A stretch of 64,000 bases of DNA from contig NIVC01000419.1 of NCBI GenBank assembly GCA_002269645.1, positions 62,001 to 126,000 on the forward strand, given 5' to 3'. The stretch is from Macrostomum lignano (lineage: Eukaryota). The translations under genes and the position numbers were made by a program. The notes under the pieces are model-generated. The model was not told the DNA's origin, did no database searches, and was given only the letters and a program-made list of their open reading frames with translations. Shown here piece by piece: positions 58,201 to 64,000 of this stretch (the stretch's first letter is position 1; each line of letters opens with the position of its first letter).

Positions 58201-59762
58201 GTTAAAGTCATTGGAGGTCCAATTAAAAAAAGCAGTGTATCGAATACCAAAAAGCTGTTCAAGATGGCGAGTCTGTGGTGAAGCAACAGAAAGTAGATCA
58301 AGCCTCTGAGCACGAGTCTCTTATGAAACAGCTGGCTGAAGTTGAAGCAAAAAATCTCGCTCTTGGAAACGAATCAAAGCGAGTGTGTGAAGATAACGAT
58401 CGGTTGAAGTCCTCCGAGGCACAAGCAATGGAGCAGGTCTTTCAATGCAAAAAAGATGTTCAGAAAAGCGAGTCTGAAATGGATCAGCTGCAACAACAAA
58501 TCGCGGACCTTGCAGCAAAAAATCTGGCTCTTCAAGAACAGGTGAATCAGGCTAGTCTGAATAGTGATTCCTTGATGAAGCAGCAGGTAGATAAAATTGC
58601 TGACCTTGAGAATACAAACCTGGCGCTACAGACAGAGCTGAAGTCAATGCAGGAGGATAAAGATCGTTTATTATTAGCTGAGACTCAACTAAATCAGCAG
58701 ATAACTGAATATATGGAATCCACCAAGAACATCGAGACACTGATGGCGCAACAGAGTGAAAAAGTAGCTCAACTGGAATCAAAAAACCTTGAGCTACAAG
58801 AAGAGCTGAAGCAACTGCAGGAGGATATCGAGAGGTTAAAGTTGTCTGAGGCTCAACTGAAGGAGCAGTGCGCACCGCACAAGGAAGATATTCAAAATAG
58901 ACAGACTCAAATGGAACAGCAGAATAGTCAAGTTGCTAAACTTGAAGCCTCAGGTCTGGCTTTAAAAGAACATTTAAAACTACTGCAGGAGGATAACGAG
59001 AGGTTAATATTATCTGAGACACAACTGAAAGAGCAGATTACTGAATACATGGAAGCCATCCAGAACATTAAGACACTGATGGAGCAACAGAGTGGCGAAG
59101 TATCACACCTTGAATCAAAAAATCTTGAGCTACAAGTCGAATTGAAGCGACTCCAAGAGACAATTTCTGGGGCTCAGCTAAAAGAACAGTGCACTCAAAC
59201 CAAAGAGGCTACTCAGAATAGCATGTCAGAGATGGAGCAGAAGAAAGATCGAGTAAATGAACTAAAAGCTACAAATCTAGCGCTGCAAGCAGAACTCGAT
59301 AGATTACAGGAGGAAAACGATAGTTTGAAGTCGTGGGAGGCCCAACTGAAAAAGCAGTGCACCGAATGCAGGGAAGAAATTCAAAAGGAGCGCACCAAGT
59401 CCAGCAGCGCGCAACAGGAGCTGGCGAAGTTCAAAGAAATCTGTAGAACGCAGAGGACCTACATGGATCGGTACAAAAGCGAGCTGGAAAGTAGCGTCTC
59501 GATGACACGCGCTCGCGAAATGGAAAGCACCATTGCCGAATTGACCGATCGGCTAGGTCGGCATGCCGAAGAGTTCGACAGCAAACTGATGGCAGAGAAA
59601 CGAAAACAGGAGCAGCTTTATAAGAAATTTTGCGAGCAATCTGATCTCAGGTTGAAAGCGGCGCAACAGTTGATCAAACTGAATGACGAATTGGCTAGAG
59701 TACGGCAAGCAGCTGCTCAAGTCGGGGAGCTGAAGCAGTCAACACTTGAAAACGATGATTAA
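55235..59762 (+). CDS. Coiled-coil family gene E (3 exons, about 1020 aa if the +1 A at 58225-58231 is removed), about 12 x 56-aa repeats
   Basis: Exons 55235-55335, 56720-56794 and 56872-59762, phase-2 introns. The two track ORFs (56906-58309 and 58275-59762) join if A7 is read as A6, restoring LKKQCIEYQK as in sister repeats. Confidence 0.8.
55457..56009 (-). mobile_element. Solo LTR-like element in intron 1 of gene E
   Basis: The minus strand begins TGTAGTAGGGCATT and ends ...GTCCA, with 4-bp TSD TTAA (55453-55456, 56010-56013). Both ends are homologous to 24925-28107. Confidence 0.75.
56058..56262 (+). mobile_element. tRNA-derived SINE, partial CORE deletion
   Basis: tRNA-like head with B box GGTTCGATTCC, then GCTGTAAAATGGGTGCCAGC and the shared tail. 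About 45 bp of the CORE are missing relative to the 59898 copy. Confidence 0.8.
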
Positions 59763-59897
59763 TTAAAACGACTTAAATGAGAAGTGAATTTTGTTTTTAT
59801 TTTAACATTATAACAACAGCTAGTAGGTTTTTTAGAATAGTTACGAACAGTATCCCTGATGTATCCAGGCTAGGCAAGTATCTAATCTAATCAGGCA

Positions 59898-60142
59898 GGG
59901 GTTGTAGTCTAGTGGTCAGAGCGTCGGACACACGACTAAAAGGTCGGAGGTTCGATTCTCGATCCACTTGGAACAATTTGTGTCCTTGAGCAAGACACTC
60001 AACTCTGCATTGCTTCAGTTCACCCAGCTGTAAAATGGGTGCCAGCATTAGCCGGGGTAATTGAGGGTGTGTGTGGCGACCCCCCAGTCCTTGGACTGAA
60101 CAGCCGTACGCAGCCGTCAGATGCGCAGCGCAATAGCAGGTG
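59898..60142 (+). mobile_element. tRNA-derived CORE-type SINE, most complete copy
   Basis: A box TAGTCTAGTGG (59905-59915) and B box GGTTCGATTCT (59949-59959). TGTGTCCTTGAGCAAGACACTCAAC...CAGTT...CTGTAAAATGGG (59979-60039) resembles the MIR/CORE consensus as I recall it. Confidence 0.8.
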
Positions 60143-61421
60143 TGGTCAATATTCGTTTTTATCTATTCAAATGCGCCTCAATTAGCTTCGGTTTAAAATT
60201 GTAAAATTGCCCTTCTGTAGAAAAGACTCTTTTCGATGTGAAGACACGTAGCACCCAGCAACATATTTCGAAAAATGATTCGTTTTTGTGGAATTGTAAT
60301 CTGACTGTAATACAATTGCTCTCTTTGACATGCTATACATAGGTACTACTGTACACTGAGAATAAAAAGCATTCGATATGGTCCTAAAATAGAGAAGTAA
60401 TGAAGAATTAATTCAAGTGTAACAAAAACAATTATTCTGTGTACCATGTTGATCAATCAAGTGGATAATTCCATTCAAAATCAGCACCAAGTTTAGGTAG
60501 TTAACCAAAAAAACTTGTTTGCTATTTTCAAATTGATTCTCGTTTAACCGGAGAGCGAGAGAGATTCTTAAACGGCTGGTTTGGAATGAAATCTGTGAAA
60601 GTTCCAAAGTTGTGAAAGCTGGATTTTTATCAGTTTGATTTACTTATTGTCTATGGCCGAGAGCAGTTTTGTGGCAGTGGCTGCTACAGTACTACATGTA
60701 GTAATCAAAGCGTTTCATCCGTATATATACTAACTGGTTATGGTTAGGGTTCAATCATAAAATTATCGTCGGATCAACCATACGTAAAATATTAATGGGG
60801 GAATTGCTGAGATGCATGTACCTAGAATCATGAGGAGATCGCTGAAATGGCTCAGGGGGAATCGCTGGAATGTCAAGCTTTATAAAGGGGATTTTAGAGA
60901 TTTTAATGCTCATGGGGCATTGCTAAAATTGCTAAAACCAAAGCTCAAAGGGAATGCTGGAATCTTAGGCTAGATGGCTGGCTTTCAGATTTTTGCTTCT
61001 AACATCATTTTACTGAAGAGATTAACAATTGTGACTGCACAAGGTCAAAACCTACATGAGAACTTTTCCAGCATTTTATAATTTAGAAATGTTTTTAATT
61101 CTAGAGTTTAACGTTTAGCTCAGACAGGTCGAATGAAAAATTTGCAAATGTACTTGAGCAGCCTACAGTCTACAAGCGTATGGCCAACTTTCTTCATGCG
61201 CTGACAAACTCCAACAAGTGTCTAGGAAGTTTTTTGTGTCTGTCTGTGAAGCTCTGGGTGTTTGTGCAGGGCTTGTTTTAGTTTTCAATTGAGTTTATGG
61301 TTTTGGCACTCACCGGTCATTGCTATCTGATATTCAGCGCTTCTGCGCATTTTGAGCGTGGGTACTGCATGGCTTCAAGCTTCAAGAGGTTAAAGAAGCA
61401 GCCGTACAAGGAACTTCTGTT

Positions 61422-61918
61422 CAGGGCGTAGCCAGGAATTTTGATTGGGGGGCCGTGAGTTAGGGGGCGCCAGCTTCTTATAGGGGGGCGCCAGTTTCTT
61501 TTAGGGGGGGGGCGCCAGTTTCTTATAGGGGGGCGCCAGTTTCTTTTAGGGGGGGGCGCCAGTTTCTTATAGGGGGGGGCGCCAGTTTCTTATAGGGGGG
61601 GGGCGCCAGTTTCTTATAGGGGGGGGGCGCCAGTTTCTTTTAGGAGGGGCCGGGGCACCAGTTTCTTTTAGGGGGGGGGGCGCCAGTTTCTTATAGGGGG
61701 GGGGCGCCAGTTTCTTTTAGGGGGGGGCGCCAGTTTCTTTTAGGGGGGGGGCGCCAGTTTCTTTTAGGAGGGGCCGGGGCACCAGTTTCTTTTAGGGGGG
61801 GGGGCGCCAGTTTCTTATAGGGGGGGCGCCAGTTTCTTTTAGGGGGGGGGGCGCCAAGGCCAGAGTTGGTGATTGGGGGGGCATGGCCCCCCTTGCCCCC
61901 CCTCTGGCTACGCCCCTG
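61422..61918. mobile_element. hAT-like MITE with internal ~24-28-bp tandem repeats
   Basis: TIRs CAGGGCGTAGCCAG / CTGGCTACGCCCCTG with exact 8-bp TSD CTTCTGTT (61414-61421, 61919-61926). About 15 internal copies of GGGGGGCGCCAGTTTCTT(A/T)TAG. Confidence 0.9.
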
Positions 61919-62489
61919 CTTCTGTTAGACAGTATTCGATCGTATTATATAATACTAATTTGTCGTCAATAAATTGTGAAACAAAACGAGCTATGTAATG
62001 GATAACTTTATTGGGATTATTACTACTATTTACTAAAAACGGTGTGAGTCAATTGCTTAATACCGTGATATACTACTAAAAGCAGTAATAACGATCCTGC
62101 CAGTACTTTCAGTCTTCTATGCATCTCTGCATGTCTATCCAGAGCTTCAGTACCTTGAAATTTAGGAGTACATTAGTCAGGAAAGACAGGAGAGTATGAA
62201 GAATAGAATTATGGAAACCCATTTGAACGCAAAACTGAGCGCACTGAGCGCTCTTAGATGTACAAAAGAAGCGCCAGTTTAGATGTACATGTACTACAAT
62301 GCTGCGAACCCAAACCTCTCACCCATCTAGCATTGTAGCTGCAGTGTCCATGATAAATGCTTGGCGAATGAGCGGTGCAGAGCCCTTTTTAGTTAATCTT
62401 TTATAGAAAATTGAAGCATACCTAATGTCCAATGACAAATTTTCTGACTGCAGCATCTCAACATCCTTCTATAAGCTTGATAAATGCGA

Positions 62490-64000
62490 ATGGCTGCAGA
62501 AGTGACAGTTGAAAGCGAAGAAAAAACTGATTTGATCAAATCGTTAACCCAAATTATGGGCCAATCTAAGAGCCTTCAAAACTCTCAGTCAAGTTCTGTG
62601 TAAGTCGCTATATTTTGAATTGTTTGTTAAATTTTTTGTCTATTTGTCGACCTCTTTGATGAGTTAGCTTAATTAATAAACATTTATTTGTTTTCGTTTC
62701 TTTCCGTATCTTACTGCTCTTGTGTGTCTTGACGTCATGAATCTTGTTGTGGATTTTGTTATTATTTTCGTGGTTGTTTTTGAGTTTTTGTGATCTTAGT
62801 CGTTTTTTGTAGTCGTAGTTATTGTTTAACTGTTGTGAACTTGACGCATATTGCCAGTTTGATACTCGATTTTTAGAGAGCATGAAGGCGTAAACGAACC
62901 TAATCGGCAGTTGACACAACAACAATGTTCTGCTACGAGTATATCAAATTCATTGGAGTCATCCGAGGGCATGTAAGTTCTGCGTTCATTTACTGATCCA
63001 AACCGTATGCATATTAAAGATCAAAGAGATATTAACGACTTTTTAGACAGAAGCCAAAACAAGAAGAAAAAAGACATCATGAGGACTGTGTGGACGTTAG
63101 AACAGATGATACTCTTAGCGAAAGTCTACTCAACGAGCCAATAGAGGGAAAACAGAAAATGGAGAAGTTGGAACAGGAAAACTCCCTTTTAAACAAAAGA
63201 ATAAAGAGTATGGAAAGTGAAACGTTTCGCTGCGAAGCCCCTGTGAATGAATTGGAACAAAACAACCGTACAATTATGGCTGAAGAGCAGAACGAAGTTC
63301 AAGAGAAGCCGAAGTTGACGGATGCGCAGCTTGGTGATTCGAAGCTCTCAGAACTTCAAGAGCTTCGGGACCAGCGTCTTTCACAAGAAGATGATTCCTG
63401 CAAAGAATCCAATTCCACGAAAACCAGCATCCCGCAAGATGGAAACGAATCCGGTTTCCGTGAATTGCAGGCTCCAACGTCGTTATCTTTTAGTCAAGAA
63501 TCTGAGACACGCGTTAAGCCACAAAGTCCTCCCACGAACGTGTTCCATGATCGACTGACCAAAGCAATTTATTCTGACGAGCATCAGACTCAGCCCCCGG
63601 CAGATGACAGCAAGTCTCAGTTGAAGCAACTATCGCAAGAAAAAGCTGACCTTGAAGCAAGCAAACTGCAACTGCAGACAGAACTGGACCGGCTGCGAGA
63701 AGAGAACCACCAAATTAAATCTTGGCAAACGCAACGTAAAAAGCAATGCGACGAGTACAAGGAGGCTATTAAAAATCAGCGTACGGAACTGGAAAATAAG
63801 CAGCGAAGCCTAGAAGAATTCAAACAAATCTGTCAGAATCAGAAAATTCATTTAGCTGAGTACAAACGTCAAGCTGAGGAGGATCACTCTCTGATGCTGA
63901 ACATGAAGGGCACTATTGGCGAGTTGATTAAGCGGCTCGAACAGCACGCGGACGAGTTCGACAGCAAACTGATGGAGGAGAAGCGAAAACAGGAGCGTCT
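62490..64000 (+). CDS. Coiled-coil family gene F (runs off the window end)
   Basis: Exons 62490-62599, 62877-62972 and 63047->64000, phase-2 introns. The frame is open to the window end, so it is absent from the ORF track. C-terminal part TIGELIKRLEQHADEFDSKLMEEKRKQE is paralogous to gene E. Confidence 0.8.

Noticed and set aside
56058-60142. tRNA genes at 56058 and 59898
   Set aside because: The cloverleaf is incomplete and each runs into CORE and tail sequences shared by three dispersed copies, so they are SINEs.
21894-64000. Assigning gene symbols (myosin, golgin, CEP, SMC, tropomyosin) to the coiled-coil genes
   Set aside because: Only generic heptad composition is shared; no diagnostic domains are seen.

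Overview
Eukaryotic, intron-containing animal DNA. The style (short introns, long simple repeats, Penelope and CORE-SINE elements) suggests an invertebrate such as a free-living flatworm like Macrostomum; this is inference only. The window is dominated by a cluster of 12 genes or pseudogenes that appear to form one divergent family of coiled-coil proteins I do not recognise. Three are on the minus strand (A, B, C; 3.4-12.6 kb). Nine are on the plus strand: six close paralogues U1-U6 (21.9-50.7 kb) and three divergent ones D, E, F (52.5-64 kb). I reconstructed the exon structures by hand, and almost all introns are phase 2. The paralogues are recombinant mosaics. They include a full-length form (U6), truncated forms with apparently new C-terminal hydrophobic anchors (U1, U2), a form split at an overlapping TAATG stop-start (U4), and a form with about 12 copies of a 56-aa rod repeat (E). 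Between the two clusters lie a secreted PAN/Apple + C-type lectin gene, its deleted pseudogene, and two convergently fused Gypsy remnants. Intergenic DNA holds a nested transposon stack (mariner, solo-LTR-like, MULE-like MITE), hAT-like and Merlin-like MITEs, three tRNA/CORE SINEs, a Penelope remnant with a hammerhead-like motif, a THAP remnant, minisatellites and (TAG)n tracts up to 830 bp. I found no rRNA, true tRNA or CRISPR array. All calls come from manual reading; no database search was run.
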